The position numbers and the translations under genes are program-made. Below the pieces are notes generated by a model. It was given only the letters and a program-made list of their open reading frames with translations, was not told where the DNA came from and ran no database searches. Shown here one piece after another: positions 1 through 11,700 of a stretch of 64,000 bases of DNA; position 1 is the first letter of the stretch, and every line of letters begins with the position of its first letter. The DNA comes from a virus. The stretch spans positions 303,636 to 367,635 of IMG/VR virus record IMGVR_UViG_3300042868_005134. One strand, given 5' to 3'.

Positions 1-882
1 TCCACTAATTGGACTAATAGTTACATTTGAGCCCGCTATAATTCTACTTACGCCTGACGTAATGGTATTTGGTGTCCACGCACTACCGTTCCACACCAGA
101 GACTGTCCAATTGTGGGTGTTGCGCTGGAAACGTCAGCAAGATCTTCTAAATTGTGATTGCCAATTGAGCTTACTGTTCCAGTCACATTGCCAATTAGCG
201 ACGAACCTGCCGTAGCAGTTACCACTCCAGTTACATTACCAGTTAAGTTTCCTTGAATGCCGTTGGACACAGTTAAATCTGTATCAACTAGCACACCGTT
301 TGCGCTTGTTAGTATTAACTGCAAATCAGAATCAATAACAAGTCCGTCGCCTACGGCTGTGGAAATATTATTAATGCCAGATGATATTTTGTTGTTACCA
401 CTGAACGTTAGGCCGTTGACACTTACACTATTGTAATTGGAAGTAACAGTGTTGTAGGCTTCTATAACTAAACTATTATTTCGTACAACAATGTTGCCAG
501 TGAATTCATCAGCAATTACCACACCGTCGATATCAATACTGCCAGTTCCTATAACATTAAAGTTGTTTAGGTCTAGATTGCCGCCTAGTTGTGGACTTGT
601 ATCTTCGACTAAGTTGTTTATGCTGTCTGGAGTGGCAATGCTAATATCATTGGCATTTTGTGTAACTGTGATGTTGATGCCAGCATTGATTTTACGCAGT
701 TGAAGATTTTTAGCTACTTTATCTTTAAATATTTCAGCGCCTAAACCTAGGTTAACAGCACTGACAACACGGGTAAGATCTAGCTCTTCGGTATTGCTAT
801 TTACTTTGATAAATGCCGTGCGTAAATCATCGCCGGTGCCGTCGTTAGCATATGAACCTAGATTAACTGTTTGAATTGTCAT
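1..882 (-). CDS. Tail-fibre-like protein, N-terminal part. The gene starts at 882 and continues past the window edge.
   Basis: The minus-strand reading from 882 begins MTIQTVNLGSYANDGTGDDLRTAFIKVNSNTEELD. This matches the conserved N-terminal motif of the 1412-aa and 2588-aa fibre proteins. There is no stop codon before position 1. Confidence 0.6.
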   Translation of the reverse strand, partial: MTIQTVNLGSYANDGTGDDLRTAFIKVNSNTEELDLTRVVSAVNLGLGAEIFKDKVAKNLQLRKINAGINITVTQNANDISIATPDSINNLVEDTSPQLGGNLDLNNFNVIGTGSIDIDGVVIADEFTGNIVVRNNSLVIEAYNTVTSNYNSVSVNGLTFSGNNKISSGINNISTAVGDGLVIDSDLQLILTSANGVLVDTDLTVSNGIQGNLTGNVTGVVTATAGSSLIGNVTGTVSSIGNHNLEDLADVSSATPTIGQSLVWNGSAWTPNTITSGVSRIIAGSNVTISPISG

Positions 883-903
883 AATTCGTTCTCTTTAGTA
901 TAT

Positions 904-1644
904 TTAGCTGGTTCGCACTTTTGCTAAACCTAGACAACTTAATATACGTATATAAAACCATCCTATGTCAAATTCATACCATTTCTGACTAAATTTGGGA
1001 TTTGCTATATCTGCATGGTGATTGTTATGTAGTTCTTCGCCGCCAATCCATATGCCCCATGGCATTAAATTTGTACTTTTATCGTTAGTGTTAGTATTGC
1101 GATAACCCCACCAGTGCGCCATTCCGTTGATAAATCCAGCAGCCCAAAATGGAATCCACAACATTTGTACACCCCACACTAGAAATCCCCATGGCCCAAA
1201 TAATACGAGATCTACGATCAACATTAAGAGAATGCCAAGGCGATGGTGGGGTGTATAAAGTTTACGTTCGATCCAGTCTTTGGGTGTGCCCATTCCGTAT
1301 TTCATAACCATGGCCGCATCACTGCCTGCACGATTGTAATACTTGACTCCGCCAAATACTAGATTCCAAATGCCGTATACGTGTGGGCTATGCGGATCAC
1401 CTTCAACGTCAGTGTTCTGATGATGCTTGCGATGTACTGCTACCCACTGCTTGGTAGTCATGCCTGTAGTCAGCCACAACCAAAAACGCATGGCATGTGC
1501 CAACACAGGATGGAACTCAACACCTCTATGACTTTGACTACGATGTAGGTACAACGTGACACTCACTATAGTCAAGTGCGTCATTAAAAGTGTGATTAAG
1601 ATTATCTCCATTATTAATCCCACGCTCCGCCACTTTGTTGCCAA
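904..1644 (-). CDS. Membrane fatty-acid desaturase family protein
   Basis: It has three histidine boxes: HRSQSH, HRKHH and HNNHH. The protein is hydrophobic with multiple membrane spans. It overlaps the upstream fibre gene by 31 nt. Confidence 0.7.
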   Translation of the reverse strand: MATKWRSVGLIMEIILITLLMTHLTIVSVTLYLHRSQSHRGVEFHPVLAHAMRFWLWLTTGMTTKQWVAVHRKHHQNTDVEGDPHSPHVYGIWNLVFGGVKYYNRAGSDAAMVMKYGMGTPKDWIERKLYTPHHRLGILLMLIVDLVLFGPWGFLVWGVQMLWIPFWAAGFINGMAHWWGYRNTNTNDKSTNLMPWGIWIGGEELHNNHHADIANPKFSQKWYEFDIGWFYIRILSCLGLAKVRTS

Positions 1645-4600
1645 GCACCGTCTGTAAAGATTAAAGTACAGATGCCACCGATATTACTATAATAACCCTC
1701 ACCGGAATTTTCGTATATTCTGAATGGCAATAATGTGCCAACGCCTATATTACGACTATTGGCAACTAATACACTTACGTTGGCCTCAACAACACCATTT
1801 TGTGCCACTAGGTACATGATTTGTCCTTCAACACCATCAGCTAGAGTATAAACACCTTCTGACAGTTTGTTAATAGTCTTAGTTAGGTCTATGGCAGTGG
1901 CTGCGATAACGTTGGTCAATGTGGCCACAGTAAATGTAGTGTCATCAACTCCCATTGTTCCACCTAGTGATCCACCACCTAATACTGTTCCATAATCGCC
2001 AACGCTGAGATTAACAGCACTATCAGTAACCACAGCACTAATGTCGCCGTTAGCTGCCACTGTGATGTCAAGTGTAAATCCTGTACCAAATACTACACCA
2101 AGTACTGTGCCTACGTTTAGGTTAATATTGTTGCTAGGTGATATGGTGACTGTTGCGGCTTCACCTTTGCCTACATCTTCAGCTACTGGACCATTCTTGG
2201 CCACAGTGGTAACACCAGGGTAGGCAGTAGTCTGAACTGTATCATCTGGGAATGTTAATCCACCATCACCTTTTAAAGTCCAACTTTCAAGTCCTGCTGT
2301 CAATACAACATCACTGGCAATGTCAGCCACATACCAAGTCCAGTTGCCACCGCCCGATATTCCCATGTCAGCATAAGGAACAGTTAGTACATCACCGCCA
2401 CCAGATTCGCCACCGCCTGTGTGACCAGAGCCACCGTTGACCACTACAAATGCTGGAGCATGATAGTCTTCGCCATTTGTATTCCAAGTGACATTGACTA
2501 CAATATCAGTTCCAGGAACAGCATAGTTGGATATGGGTGCTGGCGGTAATGAGGCAAAAGATGTATTCAAAATACTGGAAGCACTTTGTATTACTATTAC
2601 ATTCGCCGCGGCACCTGTAGCAGGAGTAACTTCTCCTACACTGCTATTTTTTGGTAATGTCAGTGTACCATCTGTGCCAAAGGTCCAAGTCTTGTACGAT
2701 TCCGCAAATGAAACTGTTTTTGGTCCATCATCAAATCCTGCGGTAATATCTTGGGCAACAAGAATTATCCACCTGTCGGTGTTGGTATCTTCTTGGATAT
2801 CTGTGATTGTAGCAGTTATTGGCGTTCCCCATGCTGTGGTCACAGTACCGCCTATATGAACAGTTGTACCCAAGGCAGGGTATATATTGGAGTCAATAAA
2901 CAAACGCCAAACGCCACCCGGTGGTACAAGCTCATCTACAGTGGCTACAACGACACCACTTACTAGTGGATTTCCTATTTTTATAGATGTATCGTCTACG
3001 TTTTTAATGGTGTTTTGGGGGAATGTTGTAGTACCATCTGTGCCAAATCTCCATACATGCTGAGCACCACCATCATTGTCGTTAGCACCAATCTCAACAC
3101 CGTATGCGGCACTTCCTTGATATGACTCAGAGCGTTGAAGAACATAGTTGAAGTCATCACCAAAGTACAAGTCCATGCTATTTTGACCAGTGCCTTTCAT
3201 AACGTGGAAGTGAGTCGTGCCGCCCGGTTCTGGTAGTGCGCCGAACTCTAATGTGCCACGGCTAGTACTCATAGTGACAACACCGTTGTTGTCTATACCA
3301 ACTGAGTATTGGCCGTTGTCTATACTGTTGATAGTGCCAATGCTACCTTGTGTGTACAGTGTACCGACTAGGTCACTGGTAAGATCAAAGTCTGGATCAA
3401 AATCAGTTATGGTAAACGCACTGGCATAGTTGATGTCTGTTTTGGCAGCGTTAACCACTGCGATATTGCTGGCAGACTCATCCAATAGTCCGCTAAATGT
3501 AGCAGCCTTAAAGTCATAGTCTCCGGCCGCAAATACCGTTCCGTCACTAGTAAACTGTGCCACAATGGCGTGGCTAACTGTGCCACCTGGATCACCGTAG
3601 CCTCCGCCTACTGCTACATAACCTGATTTAACTGCCAGATTACTGCCACCTCCTTGTGGACCGAACCAAACGCCACCACTAAATGTCCAAGTGGTTGTGT
3701 TGTCCAACAATCTCTGCCATACCACAGTACCGTCTAGATTATACTTGGCAATGACCATGCTGTAGTCGCTAGTATTGTTATTGCCAGTTATTGCCGATAG
3801 GTATAGACAATCGTCAGGACCAACTACAATACTGTTAGCAAAATCATCACAATCGCCTACTACCTTACGTGTCCATTGTTTAACACCTAGGCTGTTAAAC
3901 TTGATGATGATCATGGCGTTGTCATCATCAAACAGTTGAGGTCCTTCATAGACATAGTTTCCGCAAACATAGATGTTGCCTTCACTGTCTATATCAGCAT
4001 CTGCTCCCTTACAGTTAAATCCTGCGTCAACTTGTATGGCTCGCTGCCATTGTATTGCACCATCGCTATCGTACTTAACAACTAACATACGATCGTCATA
4101 CTCGTTAGCAGCCAGTGAGCCAACTTTAACAACCATGTCGTCTACACCTGTTACTCCACCAAATGCAGAGCCGTTGAGGGTAACGAGAGTTCCGTCTACT
4201 GTACGACCACCCACAAGGTCAACAATGTTGGTAAATGTTGGAACGCCATCAGTAAAATCAACGCTGAAGGTAAACTCACCACCAGTTGCGCTAGCACCCA
4301 GTGTCCAGTTGGGATTGCTTGCTGGCACAGTATACAGGGTGGCCGCCGCATCGATGAGACCCAGTTGATCCATGTAGCCTACAGTGACTACTTCATTGGT
4401 TGGACCAACAGCCATGCCATAGGCTTGTTCACCACCTTGTCCATTCAGTGCTCTTGACCAAGTGATTGCTCCAGTACTAGCGTTGATTTTACTAGTGACT
4501 ATTTGACTGTCTGTGCCGTTATCGGCATAACCAACTACAATAGGACTACCATCCGATGCCACATCAACTACTGAGTTGGTGTTATCGTCACCAACATTGT

Positions 4601-5504
4601 ACTTCTTGCTCCATACTACATTGCCATCTAGTTGACTAAGTTTAGTTAAAATAGCAGTTTCAGATTCTGTATCATCGGCAACACCTGCAACATAGATAAA
4701 CCCATTAACATTGTCCACTGCCATGCCCCAGCCGTCAGTTGTTGTGGCACCTTGAAAGGCCATACTCCAAATCTTTGTGCCAAGAGAATCAAATCTTGCC
4801 ACACTATTGAATCGACCGCTAGCGATAGTATCATGATTGATTAAGGCAACAATGTCACCGTTGGCCAAATATTCAACACTTGCGGCCATCTCTGGTACAT
4901 CAGCAGGTGCTCCTGCTGCGGTTTCAAAATCCTGTACCCACACATTAAGGTTGTTGCCAGGGTAGGCAGTGGTCTGTACTGTGCTGTCAGGGAATGTAAT
5001 GTGACCAGCTTGATCAAACATCCAAGTTTTTGATCCCAGAGTATTCTCAGCGGTAATGGTCACTGACTTATCATCATCACTTACGCTGACATTATTCTGC
5101 TCACCGCCTAAGATTAGATTAGCACTACTTTGATCTATTGTACCACCAGCACGAATGTGTATGTGATTGGGGCCAGTGGGATCTATGACGAGATATCGAT
5201 GGTCGCCGTAGTCACCTTCAAATTCATCGTTACCGCGGTATAGAACAGCGTCTGGGATCAGTTTGATAGTGTCTAAACCTTCGCCATCACCGCTGTCGGC
5301 ATTTCCGCCGTAGAATATACCTTTGCTTAATACTTTACTTCTTATGTTTTGTCTAACACCGTCAAACATCAAAAGTTCTAAGTTGCCATTATCGGTATTT
5401 TCATAAACCCCAAGTTCACCGCGAGGGCGAATTTCACTACTACTGTTGTTGTTGGCGTTGTCGCCTTCAATCTTGCTTGTTACTATTTTGCGTACTGTTG
5501 TCAT
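1614..5504 (-). CDS. Large tail fibre / adhesin protein (1296 aa)
   Basis: It carries two copies of the 'W.F..G.LTFPD.TVQTTAYPG' repeat shared with the neighbouring giant ORFs. The composition is rich in Gly, Ser, Thr, Asn and Asp, typical of beta-structure. Confidence 0.7.
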   Translation of the reverse strand: MTTVRKIVTSKIEGDNANNNSSSEIRPRGELGVYENTDNGNLELLMFDGVRQNIRSKVLSKGIFYGGNADSGDGEGLDTIKLIPDAVLYRGNDEFEGDYGDHRYLVIDPTGPNHIHIRAGGTIDQSSANLILGGEQNNVSVSDDDKSVTITAENTLGSKTWMFDQAGHITFPDSTVQTTAYPGNNLNVWVQDFETAAGAPADVPEMAASVEYLANGDIVALINHDTIASGRFNSVARFDSLGTKIWSMAFQGATTTDGWGMAVDNVNGFIYVAGVADDTESETAILTKLSQLDGNVVWSKKYNVGDDNTNSVVDVASDGSPIVVGYADNGTDSQIVTSKINASTGAITWSRALNGQGGEQAYGMAVGPTNEVVTVGYMDQLGLIDAAATLYTVPASNPNWTLGASATGGEFTFSVDFTDGVPTFTNIVDLVGGRTVDGTLVTLNGSAFGGVTGVDDMVVKVGSLAANEYDDRMLVVKYDSDGAIQWQRAIQVDAGFNCKGADADIDSEGNIYVCGNYVYEGPQLFDDDNAMIIIKFNSLGVKQWTRKVVGDCDDFANSIVVGPDDCLYLSAITGNNNTSDYSMVIAKYNLDGTVVWQRLLDNTTTWTFSGGVWFGPQGGGSNLAVKSGYVAVGGGYGDPGGTVSHAIVAQFTSDGTVFAAGDYDFKAATFSGLLDESASNIAVVNAAKTDINYASAFTITDFDPDFDLTSDLVGTLYTQGSIGTINSIDNGQYSVGIDNNGVVTMSTSRGTLEFGALPEPGGTTHFHVMKGTGQNSMDLYFGDDFNYVLQRSESYQGSAAYGVEIGANDNDGGAQHVWRFGTDGTTTFPQNTIKNVDDTSIKIGNPLVSGVVVATVDELVPPGGVWRLFIDSNIYPALGTTVHIGGTVTTAWGTPITATITDIQEDTNTDRWIILVAQDITAGFDDGPKTVSFAESYKTWTFGTDGTLTLPKNSSVGEVTPATGAAANVIVIQSASSILNTSFASLPPAPISNYAVPGTDIVVNVTWNTNGEDYHAPAFVVVNGGSGHTGGGESGGGDVLTVPYADMGISGGGNWTWYVADIASDVVLTAGLESWTLKGDGGLTFPDDTVQTTAYPGVTTVAKNGPVAEDVGKGEAATVTISPSNNINLNVGTVLGVVFGTGFTLDITVAANGDISAVVTDSAVNLSVGDYGTVLGGGSLGGTMGVDDTTFTVATLTNVIAATAIDLTKTINKLSEGVYTLADGVEGQIMYLVAQNGVVEANVSVLVANSRNIGVGTLLPFRIYENSGEGYYSNIGGICTLIFTDGAWQQSGGAWD

Positions 5505-5519
5505 TTTATTCGCCCTTGA

Positions 5520-8500
5520 TTAATCGTAATATTCTGAACCGTAGAACACTGTAGCGGTCCACTGTATTTTTAATGTATGATTGTCACCATCTAATCGACG
5601 ATACTGAATTTCGCCTTCGTTGGGCACAAACCACAGGTCATCATTTTCACCATCCTCGCCGCCACTTTGTACTTCGGTGTGAGTAATATGTTCTTCACCA
5701 TCGTCATCTACTATGTGTATGGTTCCTATCCAAGTAGCATCACCGGTGTAAGCGTGATATTTGATAACGGCACCTCGGAAGTTGCTACCGCCACTAGGTA
5801 AGTCGTCTTTATCCCACCAAGTCACCGGAGCACCGCCTGTAAGTATTCTATAGTAAACTGTGTCACCTTGGGCAACTGGTAATCTAACGCCGTTGTCAAA
5901 GTAAATGGTTACATTATCGTTGTCCCAGCTGGTGGCTGTTCCAGTAGCCCAATCGTCTTCGTTTAACGAAACTTGTACACGATAATAAACATTGCCGTTC
6001 GCCAATGCTATAAGAGCATCACGTGCTGCACCTACAGCACTGAGACCAACATAACCAGTATTATTTGAATTATTACTGAATACTGTAGTTGTAACTGTGT
6101 CGTCTGTTGTTCTCGAAGTCACACTAACTTGCTTGTAGCCATATACTTCTTCAATTCTGCGTTCGCCTGGCGAACGAAGTTTAACACGGCCTATACCTTC
6201 TGCAGAAGTTAGTCGTGTACCGTCTCGGAATCTAATACCTGTCTCTAAGCTATCTAAGTCCAACTCTTGACGAGTATAACTGGCGCCGCCACCTTGATTG
6301 TTATTAGTCCAACTTAAAAACTCTATGGCCCAATATTTGTCAGTGGTGGTATCAAGCATAATCATCTTGGCGCCTGGTATGTTGGCAAAGTTTCCGCCCC
6401 AGATGCTTTCTAATGGTCTGTATGTTCTTGACTCAACATTGCTGAAATCATCCCAGCCGTCGTTGTTCCATAAACTGCCTGTGGGAGTATTAGTACCGTG
6501 CTCTTCATCTTCTAATGCGTTATACAGCCAACCTTGATCGTCTTTAGTGATGTGTAGTCCTTCACTGATCTCGTCAATTTCGTCACCGTAGTCGGTTCTA
6601 GTAAATGTTATCAACGGACCTGCGTATGGATCACCTATGATGTTGATATGTGACACCGCATTGTCAAAAGTCTGAGCGGCTATGTTTGGTCCATAGATAT
6701 TACCGCTGATTATTGCGCTGCCAGAGTCTGGACCGCTACCACTAGTACCAATAGTAGTACTTGAGTTGCCGGTAACAAACAATCCAAATATACTGTCTCG
6801 GTAAACAAAACTATATGATGATCCTGTGCCAAATGCTGCTGCACCGTCGACTACAGTATTTCCACCGTTATAGGCAATCTCATTTAGGTATGAACTGTTA
6901 ATATAGTTGCCGCTGTCGTACTCATCTTCGCCACCATCACTGATATTGTTGTTTCTCCATACTACTGGAGCAGTTCCTGAACTGGTACTGCCATATGCTT
7001 CGCCGAGGCCGCTAATGCTGTTAACTGTTATAGTAATGTTGTTGGCAGGTGTTGTACCACCAGTAATGTTGGCTCCCAGCAAGGTTATCACATCACCTAC
7101 TACATAGTTAGTTCCGTAACTGCTTATGCCGACATAAGTTTCATATTTGTACACAACGGCCACGCTAAATCCGCTACCTACATTATAGTTGGTGCCTGTG
7201 ACTGGTCCGTAAGTAAAAAATTCAGTACCTGCGGCTACGCCTTCCACACTCCAGTTCAATATCCCTTCTGAATCAACGCTGTTTACAGTTATGATACAGT
7301 CGTTAACACCGTCAACGCCACCTAATGCACTACCTAAAATCTTGATCTTGTGTCCTGGTAGATAGTTAATGCCACCACTTATCACACCAGAACCGTTGTA
7401 AGTGCCATCGCCTAAGTCTTGAATCTCAAATATCGCACCACTACCTTCTCTAACTGTAGTTGGGCCGCCATCGATTACGTTTATATTATTTTCAAAGAAT
7501 TCAAAGTTAGTGGCTACGCCGCCCACTGCTGTGACTAGGTCTGCGTAGGCAGCGTCAAATGCTGCCTTCATTTGATCCACTGTGCGGAATTCGCCTTCTG
7601 TCCCTTCAAACAAGATCACAGTATCTATAACTTCTTCGGCAAATGCTGTAATGTCGCTAAGTGGTTTAGCCCCGTTGACATCGCCTATGATGACAAACAT
7701 TGCCAGTATATCACTAGAGCCTACACCTGACACTTGGAAGAAATCATCGTTGCTGTCATCTGTGATAGTGGTAGTTGTGGCCGCTGGTTTGTGTATGACT
7801 ACTTTGGTAACATTTCGTGTGCTACTTTGACCGGTGTTAGTATGGAAACCACCGTAGGAAACTTGTAGTCCCTTGTAATCTGTGCCAGTCTCTGCTGGTA
7901 CTGTGACTGTGGGCAATCCTTCGCCGCCACCCAATACCGAGTTACCTGCGCTGTCTTTAATATCGCCGCCTACCGGTAATGTTAAATCACCATCTGCGCC
8001 AAACGTCCAACCGTGAGCAGTAGGAGTAGGACCACTGTAGGTATATATTTGAATATCTTTGTCAACAGCACCGTCTATGATAAATGCATCTGTTCCGTCA
8101 GCGGTGGCAATTGTGGTGCCTTGTGGGAATGTTAATGCACCACTGTTGTTAAATGTCCAAGTATGAGCATCTGTACTGTAGTTTGTGGCAATAGTAGCGC
8201 CATTGTTGTCAACCCACACCCACGAATCTTCATCCTTGCCTGCTGGGCTTGCTGGGCCTGCTGTGATACCAGCATAGTTGCCTGCTATGGTTTTTAGTGT
8301 AGCACCGTTGATGATACTCTGATCTGGCAATACAACAACACCTGTGGTAGTTAGTTCTAGTCTATAATGCTGTGTTGGCTGTGTGATATCGCTACTGAAT
8401 AGTTTATTAGTAACAACTTTGTCGTCGTCTGTTAAACTAAATCCTTCACCAAAGTCTCCAATAGATATTCCACCACCACCGGTTACAGTACTGGTTAAGG

Positions 8501-8717
8501 TGTTAGTTGTTGAATCGTATGCGAATGTAATCCCAGTATGATTGCCATTGACAAACAAGGGCGCAACACGATCCTGGGTTATGTTTTCAAGTTCCGGACC
8601 AGTGTATATGGTAGAGTTAACCATCCACTTTTCACCGTCCCATATATAAACAGCCCCATTAGGTGCTGTGTATAACTCACCATTAGCTGGATCTGTTGGA
8701 AATGTAATTGCTGTCAT
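5520..8717 (-). CDS. Large tail fibre / adhesin protein (1065 aa)
   Basis: It contains the 'WTF..G.LT.P' fibre repeat units and has a Gly/Thr/Ser/Asn-rich composition. It is arranged in tandem with the other fibre genes. Confidence 0.65.
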   Translation of the reverse strand: MTAITFPTDPANGELYTAPNGAVYIWDGEKWMVNSTIYTGPELENITQDRVAPLFVNGNHTGITFAYDSTTNTLTSTVTGGGGISIGDFGEGFSLTDDDKVVTNKLFSSDITQPTQHYRLELTTTGVVVLPDQSIINGATLKTIAGNYAGITAGPASPAGKDEDSWVWVDNNGATIATNYSTDAHTWTFNNSGALTFPQGTTIATADGTDAFIIDGAVDKDIQIYTYSGPTPTAHGWTFGADGDLTLPVGGDIKDSAGNSVLGGGEGLPTVTVPAETGTDYKGLQVSYGGFHTNTGQSSTRNVTKVVIHKPAATTTTITDDSNDDFFQVSGVGSSDILAMFVIIGDVNGAKPLSDITAFAEEVIDTVILFEGTEGEFRTVDQMKAAFDAAYADLVTAVGGVATNFEFFENNINVIDGGPTTVREGSGAIFEIQDLGDGTYNGSGVISGGINYLPGHKIKILGSALGGVDGVNDCIITVNSVDSEGILNWSVEGVAAGTEFFTYGPVTGTNYNVGSGFSVAVVYKYETYVGISSYGTNYVVGDVITLLGANITGGTTPANNITITVNSISGLGEAYGSTSSGTAPVVWRNNNISDGGEDEYDSGNYINSSYLNEIAYNGGNTVVDGAAAFGTGSSYSFVYRDSIFGLFVTGNSSTTIGTSGSGPDSGSAIISGNIYGPNIAAQTFDNAVSHINIIGDPYAGPLITFTRTDYGDEIDEISEGLHITKDDQGWLYNALEDEEHGTNTPTGSLWNNDGWDDFSNVESRTYRPLESIWGGNFANIPGAKMIMLDTTTDKYWAIEFLSWTNNNQGGGASYTRQELDLDSLETGIRFRDGTRLTSAEGIGRVKLRSPGERRIEEVYGYKQVSVTSRTTDDTVTTTVFSNNSNNTGYVGLSAVGAARDALIALANGNVYYRVQVSLNEDDWATGTATSWDNDNVTIYFDNGVRLPVAQGDTVYYRILTGGAPVTWWDKDDLPSGGSNFRGAVIKYHAYTGDATWIGTIHIVDDDGEEHITHTEVQSGGEDGENDDLWFVPNEGEIQYRRLDGDNHTLKIQWTATVFYGSEYYD

Positions 8718-8746
8718 AATATTTTATCCTATTCTTATATTTATTG

Positions 8747-11700
8747 TTACCAAGTACCTGCGCCGTGTGCCGTACGTTTCCAGATGTCTGTGGTGTCATT
8801 AACATAGTTTGCTGTACAATAATAGATGTACGTGGAATCAAATGCCAACATACCTGCTTGATCGCCGGCTGCTCCATAACTGTGTGCTGGGACTGCTACT
8901 TTCTGATAAGCTGTGGTCTGTACTGTGGCGTCTGGGAATGTAATCTGCCCACCTGATGCCAAAATCAATCTATCAGCATTGATATATTGAAAATAATCAA
9001 TTGAGTTTGTACTTCCGCCTGTGCCTGAAGATGATGCCAAAGTTGAGTTTGGTTTATCAAACACGCAGTTGAAAATTGAATAAAACCCTGATAAAGAAAC
9101 TGGAGCAACGGCAGTTAATGCTGAAGTTAATATTTGGCAATTGGCTAAACTGACCACAGTTGAGGCACTAGATGTGACAGCGTTTGTGACAGCTGCAATT
9201 ACTACGGCATCTACAACATTTAATGTTCCTGCAATTACCGATGGGGCAATACAAGACATACTATTTTTGATAATTACACTTGCACCAGCATTATTCACTG
9301 TTACAAAAGATGGATTACCATCATTAATAGTCACAAGTCCATTGCCTGTTATATTACAAGCGGTGCCAATGTCACAGTTGTGTATATCAGTAAAAGTGGC
9401 ATTTCCACTTTTAGTTAATGTTCCACTTATATTACAATTAATAATATTAGGAACTCCAACACCTGTACCAGCAGTAATGGTAAGATTTTCAATTGTTAAT
9501 CCTGTAATTGTACAGCCCACAGATGTACTGACTGTTCCAATAATCGCAGTATTCCCACCCAATGGTTCAAATGTGGTTAAGACTGTGTATTGAACTGTTA
9601 TTGTTGGGCTTTCAGTATAGGTGCCTGGGTGAATAATAATTGTTCTACGTTGCCCACTTATCAAAGTCAACGCCTTGGTGATGGATGCTACTGGTTTAAG
9701 CAGGTCGCCATTACCACTGGTGTCGTTACCGTCAGTTTGACTAACGTGGATTTCATAGTCATATCCAGTAAAGATACCTGGGTAGGCTGTGCTTTGAACT
9801 GTGTTGTCGGGGAATGTTAAACCGCCCGTTGTGCCAAACTGCCATTGCTTACCAACTGCTGTGCCTGTAATAGTAGTAGTCAATATCCCTCCACCACCGT
9901 TTATTGTGGCAACCGTGATTTGTATATCATTGGCAGGTGTAGTACCACCAAGTTCATTGCCTGGAATTTTGAACCAGTTGCCCGGGTTAAACCCATTACC
10001 AATACCAGTGACATCAACAGTATAAGTGCCGTTTTGATTGGCTGTCACTGTACAGGCAAAATATTGTGCGTTGGACGAAGGTGTAAACATTCGTGTGACA
10101 TTTGCATTCAATGCTTCCCAATAGGCTTGATTAAATGTGTAAGTTGTTGTTGAATGGGTTGCTATGTTTAATGCTGTTTCATTTGTAAGAATAGAACTAT
10201 CTGCGGGCAATGTTAATGCACCATCTGTGCCAAATCTCCAGAGCTTAAAGCTCTCAACTGAGTTAGCAAAAATAGAAAACTCTCGCTCACTGGTTATTGC
10301 TAACCCAGTTGCATTTTCCCCAATCGTTCCATTTGAATCTCCTGGTAGTGTTAATGTACCATCCGTGCCAAATCCCCAAGTCTTATAGTCACCGTCCGCC
10401 TGCTGTTTTGCGCGAATAACAACATCGCCAGACATTGTAATGCTACTGAGGCCTGGATTAGTTAGACGTATATTATTATGCCACGATTCAATCAGCTGTA
10501 GAAAGGGCAGTTGTATAATACCCTTTCTATGAGTTGGATTGCCGGTGCCCTCTTCGATGTTGTCAAATGCCCATACGACTGGATAATCTGGTTGGGCAGG
10601 ATCATTGGCCCAAATCCCAACACCGGTAGTACCCTCTATATTGCCTTGAGATAATACTAAGTGTCCGTAATTATCAAGAGTCGCTGTGTGAACACCGTTG
10701 ACTAAACTATTTACACTGCCAGTCCATGCCGTAGTTTGAACTGTGCTATCTGGGAATGTCAATGCACCATCGTTGCTAAATGTCCAACGCTGTAGTGTAG
10801 GGCCAGCAGGATCAATGTCGATGTTGATGTTGCCCAGGCTCCTGATGTCACCTGGGATTCGTAAACTTCCATCTCCGGCGAATTGCCAACTATGGCTCAC
10901 ATCTTGGTCATTGAGTAATCCTATGTTAAGTCCAGTAACGCCAGCATATATGCCAGCAGTCTGTACATCTTCTCCAACAGGAAGTTGATTATTTCCCGCA
11001 GTCCACTCCACGACTAATTGATTCAGACCAGTGTGAACTATATAAAGACTACCGTTGGGACTGGTGTTAGTAATCTCGGCGTGACCGTTAGCACCACCAA
11101 ATCTAAGGCCGACTGGAGTTGTCAAATTACCATCTGTGTCAAACGTCCACTCATTCTCATTGGCAAGTATACTGATGTTGCTACTTGTTCTTGTTGAATA
11201 ATTTGGACTCTCAACTGAATATGGTGCTGATTCTAGAGGAAGGTTAGCATCAAATGTTAATTCTAAAATTGTGTTGCCTTCTACATATTCGGCGGCAAGT
11301 ACTGTGTAGTAATCGGTTGTGCCGTCAGGATTAAATTGCCAGTCAACTAGGCCTGTGGCATCCATAGCGTCTTTCAAACTTTGTGGAGTAGTATCCATCC
11401 AGAACCCAGCTGTCTTAGCGTTGATGTCTGCACGAATCCATCCTGGGATATCAGTGAGTCTAGTACCAACTTCTGGAGTTGTTAGCGTTTGAATAACACC
11501 GCCCACTGGTAATGTTAATTCACCGGCGTCACCAAAAGTCCAGGCGTCGTCAATTATGCCAGCACCAGGGGTTGTGGTTTTTATCAGTACCTTACTATTG
11601 TAGCCATCAATCTCAACGACTGCGGTTTTCCCACCTCCACCATCTACGTTTAGTTGTAGGTTGTCAAATCCCTTAATGGCTTTGTTGCCGGGAACAGATA

